Positions 1 to 13,845 are shown, counted from the stretch's first letter. The stretch: DNA of 64,000 nucleotides from Trichosphaerium sp. ATCC 40318 (GCA_038496445.1 JALMLS010000404.1:135470-199469); one strand, 5' to 3'. Notes: a model not told the origin generated them from the sequence alone. Made by a program: numbers and translations.

Positions 1-1466
1 TGACTTCATTTTGTGAATCTTCAACGTGTTTAAAACCCACGTGCCTGCTGCTAAAATAAGCGTGTTTATCAAAGAAACAGCAGCTACTACCAACTCCAAA
101 TCTAACAAGGTGTATTAGTTTGGACTAGTTGTATCGACATGAGGACGTACTTTCATTGTCAAGGGTAGCAACAAGGGACTTGAACTTATGAACTCTATTT
201 ACGTTTTCTAACCCTTGACGAACTATTTTGTATCCTTCCGCAGAGTACAAACAAAGCGCTGCTAGAAGGTATAGAAGTTGAGTACGCAATATAGTATTCG
301 GAGAGCGCATAGCAATAGGCGCAAGATCAGCTAATATCTAAAAAAAGAAACGAGCTTAGAGTTGGTGAATATCTTGTTTTCGCTTCTTTTGTACCTTTGC
401 GCCATTATCTACAATGATTTGAAGTGACTCTTTAGTATTCATCAAAGCTTTTATACAATTGATAAGTTTCAATTCGCTTGTTATCAACGTGAGAGAAGCA
501 GTTTTTTTAAGTTGTCTAAAGCAAGCATTAAAACAAACAAGACTAGCTCTTCAACAACAAAAAATAAAAAAATTCGATAACGTACTTCTCATATATCAAT
601 ATCGCTTGGTAGATAGCTTGAAGGCCTTCTTCATGTAGAAACTCTTTTAACCAATCTTCATCACCTAAAAATAAATATGTCACGTGTTCCACGCCGCTTC
701 GGTTTTTTTGTTTAAACTACGATAAAAAGTCTTTCTTTACCTCCATCTAAGTTCTTTTTTAACGCTGTAAGTTGATTCGTTGTAGGTAGTGTATCATTTC
801 TAAGCAATTCTATAAAGGCCTTGGGTGTCTCAGGAATATTTTCCTTTGGCTTTTCTTTCTGTGCACTCAACTACAAAGAAGTATCGTAAACACCAAGGAA
901 AAATATCCAAAAAATACAAAAACTCCGAATAAAATTGTGTACCTTTTTGAAAGCGCCAAGTCCACGCTTCCACTTTGCACTAGCGCCTAGCTTCTTTGCA
1001 GCTGATAACGAAGGTTTAGGACTATCATCTTTCTTTAAAACCGGTGTTTCTTCTTCACCCTTCCCTATGACGAGTTAAATCACGTGTACAATCACGTTTT
1101 ACGAACAAACATTCAAAAACAGAAACGACCATCTGATTGATGGTAAAAAAAAAACACTGTTTTTTACGATCGCGGTTAGTTTAACACGATCATATTTACA
1201 TACCTTCTGTAGTTGCTTGCTCTGACACTTTCTCGTTTTGTACGTCATCTGCCTTGATACACTTTCAGTAACAAGTTGACGCGTCGAAATCTTGTAAAAC
1301 TAAAGCATACCTCCTTTACCTCCTCTGATGGGGTGTTTTCTTCTTCACTCGGTTTCTCTGTCTCATCTAAATGTTTTAATAGCCTGAACGAGGTATAGTA
1401 TACCTGTATAATGTACTTACAAGAGAATTCTTCGTATCCAGGCAGCCTGAGCTGCACATTACCCAT
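1..1466 (-). CDS. Formin (Diaphanous-related), N-terminal GBD/FH3 region; 3' end lies outside the window
   Basis: Multi-exon model from ATG at 1466 (MGNVQLRLPG, possible N-myristoylation). Exons encode DWLKEFLHEEGLQAI, ELKLINCIKALMNTKESL and RTQLLYLLAALCLYSAEGYKIV, typical GBD/FH3 motifs. Confidence 0.8.
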
Positions 1467-2339
1467 CTTTGTCGTAAGACAATGTGACTTTGTTGGACCA
1501 GTGTGCAGCTCAGAAAAACAACTAATGTGGAACGCACGGTGCTCCATTTATTTGTTGAAGATTTAGATAATTACGGAGGCGTTGCAGTTACCGTGTCAAT
1601 TCGGTTTTTTAACTATTTTGCGTGTTTCTATCACAATACAAATGTACAGAATACAAAAGATCATATCGCGTCATCAAGTCTTTTACAAAAAGACAACTTT
1701 TACAAATATCTGTGTCACGTGATTAAATGTTTTAAATTTCAAATGAAATGCGCAAAAAAAGATCAAGGTATTATCTCTTATCGCTCACAATACTATCAAC
1801 GCGAAATAACCCAAAATTAGATGCATAAAATCAATCGTGAAGGTAAAATTTCTCCATCTCGAAGTTCCAACTTTGTGCATCTGGAACGCCCGAAAATAAA
1901 AATAAAAACAGATCTCCATGTGCTGTACTTTTAAATACATGTATTGATTAACAGGTGCGTGCGCCTACACTTGTTTTGCAAGTTCTGTTAACCAAATAAC
2001 GGTTTTTTTTAACACTGGTATTCAATTTGTAGTGCTCTACATTGCTACTTCGCCTGATACAGCACTTTGTTTGCATTGAGCAGTTCTAACTTACAAAAAT
2101 AACTAACACTAGGTGGATAATTAACTGACTGCTACGGATAATAGACAGGCAAAGACGCCAGTTCTAAAAATGTCTTATAAATAAATGTTGTACTATGGCA
2201 AATAACTATCTATATTTAATTACAACGCTTGGCTAGCTGTGCATTTGCGACAAAATTAAATAGTTTGGACAGTACATTGTGTAATATACTCTGAGCAAAG
2301 GGTATCAACGTGATAATAATCTATCATTGTATGTTATTT

Positions 2340-3007
2340 TTAATCTGTTTTTTTCAATACAACAGAAATGGAATCATTGTGCTGAAGAACCACTTCGTTT
2401 TCAGCATTAAGGTCATCATTTATAGACATTGTACCAAGAACAATCATCTTAGAATGAGGATGACGTTCTGTCAGTATTTTCTTGAACATAGCCAAGGTAG
2501 ACTACAAATTGCAAACAGGTTAAAAAGCAACACAACAAAATAAGGGATGGTTGTAGCTCGTACATTTACTGGTATCTCCACTGTTTTAGGTGAGGTTCCT
2601 AGTATACTCTCACAGTTCTTTGGGAATGAGAAAGATACACGAATCTTCTACATCAAAGGTTAACAGAGTACAATCTCTAAAAAAGAATGCAAGGTTCAAA
2701 GAAGCTTAAAAGGCTGTAATTATTTAGGTTTCAGGAAGTTTACTCTAACACGTGCGAGAAGAAACCCCTATAAGGAGCCTACTTGGTAAAAACATGCGAA
2801 AACACAATCATAAAGGAGCATATGTAACCAGCAAAGCAAGTAAACCTTACAATACAAAAAAGAAAAAAAACAATATTAAAGTTTTGTTTTGGCGGTTGTG
2901 GTAAATTAGGTAAAGCACAATAACAGATATCGTACAGAAGGTGGTAAATACGTATTGGTTTTATCTACATAATATGGTCCTGCCTTGCCAGACGTAAAGT
3001 GCAGCAT
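2340..3007 (-). CDS. Small 3-exon beta-grasp (MoaD/ThiS/MOCS2A-like) protein lacking the C-terminal GG
   Basis: Spliced in frame via GT-AG: MLHFTSGKAGPYYVDKTNTYLPPS|KIRVSFSFPKNCESILGTSPKTVEIPVN|STLAMFKKILTERHPHSKMIVLGTMSINDDLNAENEVVLQHNDSISVVLKKTD*. Absent from the ORF track. Confidence 0.5.
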
Positions 3008-3208
3008 AGTAGCCTAAACACAACATTAGCAAGTACAACAACCATAAAATCTTCACTACCATGTTAATAGCCGTAAGCTGAGTGTATCAGGTAGCCTCAA
3101 ATGTAAGTTCAAGCAAGGTAAAAGGTGAAGCATTTTTGTACAAATAGAGCTCAGTTACCTGAACGAGATTCAAAGATTTTTGTACACTTTATTTTTTGTT
3201 TGTTTAAG

Positions 3209-6200
3209 TTAGCTTTCAATTGTATCTAACGGTTCTTCACCTTCTCTCATATCATCATCACTAGTAGGTTCTTCACTACTACTTTCTTCAGCATCAGAAG
3301 TATCTGAATCTTCACTGTAATCACTACTTTCATCGTCTTCTTCGCTAGTCTCATCGTTTTCTTCGCTACTTTCTTCTTCGCTGCTTTCTTCACTGCTTTC
3401 TTCACTGCTCTCTTCTTCGCTGCTTTCTTCGCTGCTTTCTTCACTACTTTCTTCTTCACTACTGCTGCTTTCTTCACTAGTGTCCTTTGATATGGTTGGA
3501 GCAGGTTGAGGTGTTGAATAAATATCGCGGTCTGTATTAACAGAACCTGGCATTTTACCAGCAGCACGGAGAGGTGTTGAATTAACAGTTTTAGGCTGTT
3601 CTGATCTGAAAATAACAAAGTATGCAATTACAATAATGGCTACAAGTATAATAACTGTAACAACAACTAAAGAGCAAGTGAGAAAAAGAAGATGAATGTA
3701 AAAAAATCTTTACCAACTATAATGATAGGAATTGTATCATCACTTGTTGGCGATTCTGTGGATGTTGATGTTGAAGGAGTTTGAGTAGTTACAGGAGAAG
3801 CTGATACAGGTGAGGTTGTTGCAGGAGATGCAACAATAAGTGATGAAGGCTGCAATGCTGCTGGAGCAGTCTATTGAACAAAAAGTAAGAAGAAAATCCA
3901 TGATTTTATCACAAGAAAGAAACGTACAACAACGCTTTGTCCTGCATTTGTAACAATAGATGTTGTAGTTGCAAGTTTTGTAGGATCATTTAAGTAAGAT
4001 GACACTACACTAGCAATACTTCCAGAACCTATAACAATCACAATAAGCAAAAAAACAAGCAAGCCAAAAGGTTTTTTTTTTAAAAGATGTCTTCATACCA
4101 CTGTTACTGTTTATTGATACAACGACCGTTGTTTGTGCCTGACGCTTATTACTAGTACTAGATTTTTGTGCTATAGTACCATCAGAGCTATTAAGGCCCA
4201 TCCCTGTAAGTATAGCACCACCAACTGTGTTTACAACACTAGCAGGTGCAGGGAAGGGTTCAGCAATAACTAATCCGACTTCAATACCTGCACAAACAAA
4301 CTAAGTTAACATACAGTCACGTGTCGTCAATAAACGTTAACAAATGGGCAGCAAAAGAAAGCTCAAAACACATCAAACAAGCCCAAGAGAAACTTAAACC
4401 GTACCTGTCTCTGGGCATGCTGTTGCTGGGTTTCCAGATGAGAATGTTATAAAACCACGCTGTAAAAATCGTAAGGTGAGTATGTAATTAAGGTTAGATA
4501 CTTGGAACTAAGAAAAATGATCGTACACCAAGAGTCCAAGTTGTTACAGCACCTGAAAAAACAAAAGCAAAATTTATTGTAGGGTAGAAAGGTGCAGTGC
4601 CATTAAACACTGTAGGTTGTGTTGTACTACCAACAGGGGATATCATGTTATTATCACCAATAGGTACTGTGATTTCTTCGGTCTATAAGAGAAAGGTTTA
4701 AGACAAGTTAAAAAAATGAGTGTTCGAACATTGACGTACAGTCACCCATCCTAGATAAGCAGTAAATGTACCATCGTTATTATCTTGGATACAATCACCT
4801 CTAGGCTCAATCTAAAACATAACTTAATAAGTGTGTACAAGCATGGCTACTAGAATAGATTATTGAAGCACATACGTTTGGTAAAGAGCTAGGCACTTGA
4901 GTAGGAGCATCTGTTGTAGGTGTAAATACTGTTGGAGCTACTGTAGTTGGAGAAGCAGTTGTGGGTGGTACTATAGCCATAGATGGCGCATCAGTTGTTG
5001 GCATGACAGTAGGTGAAGGTGTCGTTGGTGCTTCGGTAGTTGGAGAGACAGTTGTTGGAGCTGTTGGTGGAGCTGTTGTCGGTACTGTTGGCGCTTCAGT
5101 TGTTGGAGGGACAGTCGTTGGAGGCAGTGTCGTTGAAGCGGTAGTTGTCGGAGGAACAGTTGTTGGTAATGTTGGTGCTCCCGTTGTTGGGGACACACTT
5201 GTTGGAGGAGCAGTAGTGGGTGGAACTGTTGTTGGTGGGACAGTTGTGGGTGGAACAGTTGTTGGAGGAAGTGTCGTTGGTAGTGTTTCTGGCAATGGAG
5301 GGATAGTTGTTGGAGGGACAGTTGTTGGAGGAACAGTCGTTGGTAGTGTTTCTGGCAATGGAGGGATAGTTGTTGGAGGAACAGTTGTGGGTGGAATAGT
5401 TGTTGGAGGGACAGTTGTTGGAGGAACAGTTGTGGGTGGAACAGTTGTTGGAGGGATAGTTGTTGGAGGAACAGTTGTGGGTGGAATAGTTGTTGGAGGA
5501 ACAGTTGTGGGTGGAACAGTTGTTGGAGGGATAGTTGTTGGAGGGACAGTCGTTGGAGGTAGTGTCGTTGGAGGTAGTGTTGTTGGAGGTATACTTGTGA
5601 TTGTGTAAATTGTTGTAAAAGAAGTAGGGACTCCTACGTCAGGTAGATCAACCCTATATCAAGTTTTAGTTTTGAGGATGTGCTAGAATAAAGTTTCCAA
5701 AAAAAGGTGGCTGTACATTATTGTTGAGTCAGTAAATGCTAGTACAGGATCACTCGCATATTCAGTAGATACAAGAACAACGTCTAAAGAGAATTAAAAA
5801 GATATGACAATAAAACAAGCGTAAAGGCGTTTAAACGGTTATAGGAAATAGGTGGACGCGTCAATAGCGATTTGATTGCGTATTGCAAGCCGTCAGAGCG
5901 TTTTCTGTCTTAAATCGTTATTTTGTTTTCTTACCTGCCACCTGCGGCGCATCAAAGTTTATTGTTATGTTTACTGCTTCGTCTAGCATAGTTGAAGTGA
6001 ATGTTAAAGAAGTTGAATCGATGTCAATTTTCAAGGTAACACCACCCATTCCAACTATATTATACTCTGGTATAGGAGTGTCTACGTCTGATACGCAAAA
6101 GAATGGAATTGTTTTACCAATTGGAACCTCTCCGACCGTTGCGATGACGTCAGTACCATCACCTACTATTGCTGTCGCGTTTCCTGTTGCTCCTACTACA

Positions 6201-6299
6201 AATAGCGTTAAATAGGCTTAAAAGTATATTTATTGGCCTACCAAGAGCGTTGACAGCTAATGCAAGTGCTACAATAATAGCAGCAAGTCTCAAAACCAT
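3209..6299 (-). CDS. Type I membrane mucin-like surface glycoprotein
   Basis: Signal peptide MVLRLAAIIVALALAVNAL, long (T/V/I)PPT(T) repeats, TM helix near 3630-3730, Ser/Glu-rich cytoplasmic tail, several GT-AG introns. Confidence 0.8.
3280..3478 (-). repeat. Coding SSEE(E) low-complexity repeat
   Basis: Tandem ctttcttc(a/g)ct units encoding the acidic tail. Confidence 0.85.
4900..5592 (-). repeat. 15-bp coding minisatellite (TVPPT/TIPPT/TLPPT)
   Basis: Tandem acagttgttggagg(a/g)-type units; the LPETLPTT block is duplicated. Confidence 0.9.
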
Positions 6300-6311
6300 T
6301 TTAGTGCTGTT

Positions 6312-6597
6312 TAGGCAAGTGGGTTTTTGCTAGTATGTTCGTTTTTGGCATGACACGACATTTCTTGACTTGCAGAAATGCTTGCAGTAAAGCACATTGT
6401 TTTAGCGCTAAGCCTGATTCCTTCGGGATAGTCTGTAAGTATAGGTAGCCTTGTGCAACTATGCAAGCTAAAACATTAGTGTATCTATGGGTACTTCACG
6501 TGAGCATAAAAGCAGAAAGTCACGTGGGTGCTACAAATCGGAGTGTCCTTTCAAAAGTAAACTCACCTCTACAATAAGTCAAATCCCATGATTTACT
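6312..6597. mobile_element. Degenerate copy of the MITE-like element at 30722-30958
   Basis: 6444-6597 aligns by eye with 30802-30958 (gagcataa..agaaagtcacgtg..tgctacaaa; gtcaaatcc..atttac). The left TIR is decayed. Confidence 0.55.
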
Positions 6598-6881
6598 TTG
6601 TAGCACATGCTACTGTCTCACTACCTTGACTCTAAATTGTTCACAATTGATTAAATAGGGGCAGCATCGCTTTGTACAATACTACCATTTGGCCAAGGGA
6701 ACTGGTTGCCTTTTGTTTAAAGGAGAAAATGAACATGTGCTGGCGTCCTATGCGCAAGCGAAAGAGTTTGCCTTGCTTGCTTAACAGTTTCAATGAATGA
6801 ACACACTTATGGAAAGAGTTTTGTAGTCAAAAAGAACATTATTTGCCAAACGTTACATTGCGTAGACGCTCTATTGAAGCC

Positions 6882-7529
6882 ATGAATAAACAACAACATA
6901 CTAGGGAATCTGTTGGTGGGAAAAAGGCTCCGCGGAGGTACAACCGTATACTAGACCTTCCATTGGAGTTACAGCTTGATATTATGGAAGAAGGTGAAAT
7001 AAATATGAAATGGCCTCTTTTTTCAAAGCAAGCAGCAACGACAACCAGGTTTGATAGTAATCTAAATAAACATGGTAAATGGGTTAAATACAAGACGGAC
7101 AAGAATAAAAATATGTATTTGGTGTCAAAGGAATACTGGAAACATGGAAAACGCAATGGAGATTCGCAAAAAATGAATAAAAATGGAACTATCAGGATAC
7201 ATTGTTCCTTTGTTGATAACAAGCTTGAGGGAGTTTACAAACATTGGCATGAAAATGGTATGGTTTGGGAGGATTCTAATTACATTAATGGTGTCCAAGA
7301 AGGCAAGTGCAGACTTTGGTTTAGTAATGGTTCAATACAACAAAAAAGTCACTATGTCAATGGCTTATTTAGCGGAGAATATAAGAGCTATTATCCAAAT
7401 GGTGTATTGAAAATACACTGTTTCTATAAGAAAGGAAAGGTATCTGGTGAATATAAACAATGGAGCAGACTTGGTGTTCTAAAGGAACACTGTTATAAAC
7501 ATGATGGTAAATCTTGGCGCATTAGTTAA
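6882..7529 (+). CDS. F-box-like + MORN-variant (MORN_2) repeat protein, intronless
   Basis: ILDLPLELQLDI...W.LFSK followed by ~23-aa repeats (GxxxxWHENG, YxNGxxxG). Confidence 0.85.
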   Translation: MNKQQHTRESVGGKKAPRRYNRILDLPLELQLDIMEEGEINMKWPLFSKQAATTTRFDSNLNKHGKWVKYKTDKNKNMYLVSKEYWKHGKRNGDSQKMNKNGTIRIHCSFVDNKLEGVYKHWHENGMVWEDSNYINGVQEGKCRLWFSNGSIQQKSHYVNGLFSGEYKSYYPNGVLKIHCFYKKGKVSGEYKQWSRLGVLKEHCYKHDGKSWRIS

Positions 7530-7769
7530 GTTCTTTCTATTAGATAAAACCACATGTTTTGGGAACTGTATATTGCGCCTCATTGTGTTTGTGTGCACAA
7601 ACAAATAAACCCTTTATTCACTCTGAGTTTTTATCCAGAGTTTGGATATGTCTTTCTTTTTATTCTTTGAAGTTGGTTTTGAGCAAATACAGTGCAAACA
7701 ACTTTGTCCTTCCAGCTAATGTTCCGCCCATTGCAATTAGATATGCATTAAACAAATGAGGCAACAGAT

Positions 7770-8734
7770 TTAAAACATAAAGCATAAAAGGGTGCTGATC
7801 ACAACGATCAAAAACCCAACCACTAGCAATACAATGCAAATACACAATATCCTATATTCGCTCATATCATTAAGTTTTGTACTGTAGTCTTCTGCAATTA
7901 GTTGTCCATTTAAATCCCATTCTTTACTCCATAGACGCACACCATACTTAAGCATAACTACACTCCTAAGTTTGCCATTAAAATACCACATCTTACGCTC
8001 TCCATGTTGTTTATTTTGGACACACTTGAACTTCTTTTCTAATTGGCCATTTCTATACCATGCTTTATACTCTCCTTCTATCTTCCCATCAACACAATAG
8101 TATTCACTGTGCAGCTGCCCATTATCATGCCACCCCTTGAACTCTCCTTCTTCTTTGCCTTTGATGTAATAACCGTGAATGATCATGTTGCCATTATCAT
8201 AAAAAGACTTGTATTCTCCTTCAAGAAAACCATCTATGTAGTAACAATGCTTCTTTAAACGTTTAAATCGATCCCACTCTTTGTACTCCCCATGAAGCTG
8301 GCCATGTCTAAAATTACACTCAGACTACCATAAATTAGTCACAAACAATAAACATCATGCGTATACACATGACCACGTGGAGTTGAAACTATTTTTCACA
8401 ACGAATTTAAATTAGTCTTGTAAATGTATCGTTGGTTGAGTGCACTCAACATCACTATATTGGTTTAGGTTGCTTTTTCTTGTTTGTTTACCTTACGGTG
8501 ATAGTGGATAGAGCGCTTATTTCGAGTATTAGGGTCGAAAAAATACTTAATTTTGCTTTTTATCCACTTTCCATGTTTTTTAAGTTCATCATCAAACCTT
8601 GTGGTTGTTGCCGTGTATTTTGATAGAAGAGGCCATTGTACATAGACTGCAAAGTCTACATCAATCATATCAAGCTGTAGCTCAAGCGGAAGGTTCAACA
8701 CGTGACAATATTCTGATTTCGAAGCACTCATCAT
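7770..8734 (-). CDS. F-box-like + MORN-variant protein with a C-terminal TM anchor; one intron (~8326-8491)
   Basis: CGT AAG|gtaaac...ggtag|TCT GAG joins ORFs 8465-8791 and 7770-8186 in frame. VLNLPLELQLDMI N-terminus; hydrophobic C-terminus ILCICIVLLVVGFLIVVISTLLCFMF. Confidence 0.8.
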
Positions 8735-9045
8735 GTATCTCTTCTCGTGTGATGTTATGCGTTTCAGATACTCTGAACTTAACAAGTGCACAACTTAATA
8801 GCACGAACACTAGAGAACAAGACGCTCAATACACGTGCTACGCTATGTGTATTGTAAATTAACATAACATTGCATTGAGTTTACAACTATGTATTGTAGC
8901 TTACACCTCAAAAAATTCTCTGCCTGGCAAGAGATCCAAAAAGCAAAGACCCACGTGGTAATTTGTTATTGTTTATTTTGTTCGTTGACATTGAAATGTG
9001 CAAGCAATCAAAATGCTGGCCACGAACGACATGACCATTTGACGA

Positions 9046-10045
9046 TCAATCTTCTGCGTTGTCCATTTTTTTTAATAACGGTGAGGTTTGTAGTATACTT
9101 GCTGCGTCACGAGGTTTATCATCGATTTTAGCTGCGAGTGGTTTATGTCTAAGCTTTCCAGATGTAGGATTCAACATTCGAAGCAAAGCACCCGGTGGTC
9201 GTATTACAGGCGTTGTATTCTTTGTTGAGCCTTGATTTTGCGTATTTGCGCCCTTATTGGTTGTATTGTTGGTTGACATTCGTTTTGCGCTGGGGAGAGG
9301 GTGCTAGGATGTAAATTCCAAACTATTGACATGCGCTAAGTCAGTGTATTGGTAAACGCTTTCTTAACTCAGTTTATCGTAAAGTTTTTCAACAAACGCT
9401 GTAAAAACTTGCAAGTAAAGAAATTCGCTGCATATAAAATAACAAGGTCATCGGTATTACTCACCAATCATTCGTCACGTGACTTAGATTTTCTTGGGTT
9501 TTTTTGGATTAGTGTCCCACATAATATCATAACAAGTGAGTCTGGTGGCGGAACAACAATATTAGCAGTGTGCAACATTTGGCGTGAGCTGACGGTGACA
9601 ACATTTCGTATGAAGAATTTACGTAGGTTTGCCAAGGTACTCATAGTGTATTGTGTCTTCTTCGTTCGATAGAGATGAGAAAAGAGCTGAACGGCGTACG
9701 GCTTCAGTATTTTTTTTTCTTACATATGTTTGTTTAATCTCCTGTGGAGTATTCACACGCACTGAAACTGCGTCAGAAGACAAAATAAAAATTATTTGAG
9801 CGCTTACGTGACTTTTATTCAAATGTCTCCCTCCGCTTCTCCTACACAAGCCTGTGACGCTATTGCTGGATGCTAGAGTATTTAAATACAAACACATAAA
9901 AAGCCTTTCGCGTACTTACATTTAGATCACGGTTTTATCACGTGTTGACTGTGGTAGGCGCACTACAAGTTTCTATTAGGTCTACCACACAAAATGCCAT
10001 CCTTTGACTGCTTGTGTTTGCGGTCTCTTCCAAACTGATAGCCAT
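9046..10045 (-). pseudogene. Uncharacterised spliced gene or relic
   Basis: Several gtaag/cag splice-like signals and a last-exon ORF (9046-9279), but the upstream exons contain stops and no domain is recognisable. Confidence 0.25.
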
Positions 10046-10108
10046 ACGTCTGTTGACGCTTGATTGTAGATTTAACCAAGTTTGACCATTTTTACTTAAA
10101 ATAAGATT

Positions 10109-13100
10109 ATGTTGGTATCACGTGCGTTTGTGGCTTGTATACTACTCGTAGTCTCTTCGAACTACGTATGTAGCCGTAGTACTGCGTCCACAACCGACTT
10201 GGAAATAGTAAAAGACAATTACAGGCAAACCGTTTACCACCGCTTCAAACGTTCTTATTTCTTGTACTAGGAGTATATTCCTTGCGTCAGCAAGTCATGA
10301 GCCTCAAGATGCGACTGTAAAGCAGTATATGGCCACACTTGAGAAGAATGGAACTTGGCCTGATATTGGCACGTGTTTTAAACCGATTTAACAGTGTCTT
10401 TTAGTTTCAAATCCAATTTTCTTTATGGTATTCTAACTTTGTTTTAGATTACAAAGATCAAGAACGCTCCGGGTGGAAGACTGTAGAGCATCTAAAGCGT
10501 GTTACTACAATGGTAGAAGTTTACAGTCTAAATGGTGGATCATTGTATCATGACAAAACGCTTTGGGAAACGGTAAACTAACAACTTCTTTCTTGATGAT
10601 TTTTTAACCTTCGAAAAGTTGAATCTCGCGTTTAATTTCTGGCTTGAGAAAGACTTCAAAAACCCGAACTGGTACTGTAAAGATACGACGATTATTTTAA
10701 TAATAACACAGGTGGTGGAATGAAATTGGTGTTCCATTGCAGATGGGAGAGATTGCAGTTTTAGTTGGATCAGAACTAAACAACAACCAAACTTCGAAGA
10801 TGGTTCAAATTATGGCAAGAGCTGATTGGAAAGGTTGGACTGGAGAGAACACTGTATGGATGGCTGTGATCCATACTTACAGTGCTTGTCTTACTGGAGA
10901 CGTCTCGTACATGTCAGAGGCGTTTGATAAGTGAGTTGTAGCTTACAGACTTATTCCTAACAAGTTTGTTTTACAACAGGATTTACTCAACTGTTGTTTT
11001 CACACCTGGTGAAGAAGATGGTATTAAAATAGATGGTTCATTCTTTCAACATGGTTCCAGAGTGAGATCGTGTCATTACGTTGTTTAACTGATACAGTGA
11101 ATAGCTGTATTCTGGTAGTTACGGCGCTTCATTTACAGCCGATTTAGTTCAAGTTATTTTCTCAACAAAGAATACTTCTTTTGAGATTCCTCAAAGTAAG
11201 CTATCAATACTTTCCAAAGACGTACTTGATGGTCAACAAGTAGGTTTATTTATTATCAAACTTACCTTACCAACACTACTTGTAGTGGCTAATGCGTGGT
11301 GGTTTGTGGGATATTTCATGCAAAGGTAAAGGCACATTTAGTTTCTTTTTTTACAGTAGTTGGTAGGACGTGCCATCACTAGGAACAATGGATTGAAAGT
11401 TGCTTGGAATGCCACAATGTTAGGTGACGTACCTGGATCGCGTCATAGCGAATATGAAGCGTATGCATCTCGTTTAAGTACGTTAGTTCTAAATAAAGCC
11501 CTGGTTTTAATAATGTTCTCAAACAGAAACTGGAAAACCGTTGAAACCAGAAGCAAATAGATTTTTTTGGATGGCTGATTTTATGACACATTATAGACAC
11601 GCATACACTGTATCAATTAAGAGTACGCAAACATGTTTCCTCATAAAACTATGAAAACAACACTAGTGACAAAGAACCGCAACTAATTTATTTTCTTGTA
11701 CAGTGTTTTCTAAAAGGACATACAATGCTGAATGTGTCAACACTGAAGGAAAGAAATCAGTTCATTTATCAGATGGAACCAATTACATTTACACAACAGG
11801 TATTCTTTTGGTTGTTCATTTTGCTTTTCAGAAGAATGTTTTCGCACGTGATTAACATTATTACTTGTTGCTCTAAACTGGTTTGACTTTTGTTTCAAGG
11901 CGCTGAATATGTGAATATATTTCCGACTTGGGACTGGGAGAAGATACCTGGTATTACATCAACAGAAGGTAAAAATAAAAAAAATGTGCTTTTAGTTTTG
12001 GTACGCTACTTACTGTTCCAAGGTGGTACATTCGATTGTGGCAAAACAAAAACGCTCGGCACAACAAGTTTCGTTGGTGGTGTATCAGATGGACTTTATG
12101 GTGTTGCTGCATATGATTTTAGAAGTCCGTTCAAGGGACCAATCTCTGCAAAGTGCGCTTTCTAATTCACTTTTTTATTCAAACTATTTCGTTAATATTT
12201 CGTGCTGCAGAAAGAGTTGGTTCTTTTATGATGATTTGGTTGTAGCACTTGGTAACTCTATAAATATATCAACAAACCAAAAAGTAACAACATCTATTAA
12301 TCAGGTACACACCACTTATGAGGATGTTTATTCCTTTTTATCTCTTTGCCAGTTTTTTTGCTGTTAGCAACTGTTTTTACTTGAACCATTGATTTACACG
12401 GTTGCCTAGTGCCTACTTGAAGGCGATGTATATACATCTGAATCATCTACACCATTGTCAAAAGGAAAGCATTCTTTATCTTCCCTGAAGTACGTTGAAT
12501 CTGAAATTGTTCTTATCGCTTTGTTGAATGTATTGAAACAGTTTAATTTAGGTGGGTTCATCATAACAATGTCGGATACCTTTTCCCATCACCAACATCT
12601 GTACAGCTGAATAACGATGTACAGAATGGAACTTGGTTTGAAATCGGTACAGGATCAGACAGTCCAATCTCAAGGTAAAAAAGTTGTCCAAATTGTATTT
12701 TGTTTAACATCAAAACATAGAAATGTTTTCAACATGTACCTTGACCATGGTGTTGGTGTACAACATGGTTCATACCAATACACTCTTGTACACACACTAT
12801 CAATTTAATGTAAGCATCTTCCTTACACAAATTAGGTACCTGGTGTGTCGTATTCAGACTTCAAGACAAACTTGATGAAATACACAAACCAATTCAAAAT
12901 AATAAAAAATGACGAATATCAAACATCTGTAGAAAACACAGGCAAGTCATTATACCCTCCTTGTCTTGTTCATGTATTAACACATATAGACTTATCAATC
13001 CTGAGTATTATATTTTGGTCTTCTGGATCAGTAAACGGAACAGAATGGTCTGTGACAGCATCACAACCTTCTGTTGTTCAAGTCAGAAAATCAACAAACA

Positions 13101-13407
13101 AAGGTATACATCAGCTTGCATTTCGTTGTTTGAGTTAACTTACCTTAAAATAATATCTAACATCTCATCAGTAAGCATCTCAGCATCAAACCCATCTAGA
13201 GATGAATCAGGAAATAAACTGGTTGTAACAATCAACCAGAAACTGTATGGAACAGGATGTACTGTTAGTGGAGATGATACAAAAGTTTCATTCAATTTCC
13301 CAACAGATGACCATGCTGGAGAGCCTATTGTACGTTAAGTTAAACAATACGGTCGCTATTTGCTTACGACTGCATTTTAGACAATCGCATGCTCAATTGA
13401 AGCTTGA
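10109..13407 (+). CDS. Secreted polysaccharide lyase family 8 (chondroitin AC/hyaluronate/xanthan lyase-like), copy 1, ~20 introns
   Basis: Signal peptide; motifs NWWWNEIGVP, DGIKIDGSFFQHG, LYSGSYG, GRAITR, ECVNTEGKK, WDWEKIPGIT, FVGGVSDG, KSWFFYDD, WVHHNNVGY. Confidence 0.92.
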
Positions 13408-13845
13408 AAGCTACATTCTAATAAAACACAATCAATATAACTGTGCACTTTCAGCTTTTACTTCTGCTTCAAAATAGTGTCACAAAACCACACCTTATTC
13501 ATTGTGAATGGCTTTGTTGGAGTACGTTGCAATCGTATGAAGATGTGTAGCGATTTAGACTTAAGTACAACGTTCACGGTTTTTGCTTCATCCAAAAAAT
13601 GAAATACTGAAGTTCTACAATACTATTTCTCAAATTGTTCTATTTCACTTTTAGGTTCTGAAGAAGCATCTGCGAATACCTCAGGCTATCTTATCACAGA
13701 GTTTAAAAATGGTAGTAGCTAAGTGTTTATTAAGATTCTATTGTTTGCACAAGAGAAGGATAGAAAGTAGTGTTCATTGCTATGTAATAATTGTTCTTGA
13801 ATTACTTGTTGGTTTTTTGCCAATAATTTACCTCGTTCTTGTAGG

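Noticed and set aside
3247-3627. Histone-H1-like KKAAKK ORF
   Set aside because: Alternative frame of the Ser/Glu-rich tail of the mucin gene.
4961-5608. 215-aa Gly/Val-rich plus-strand ORF
   Set aside because: Antisense shadow of the PTT mucin repeat.
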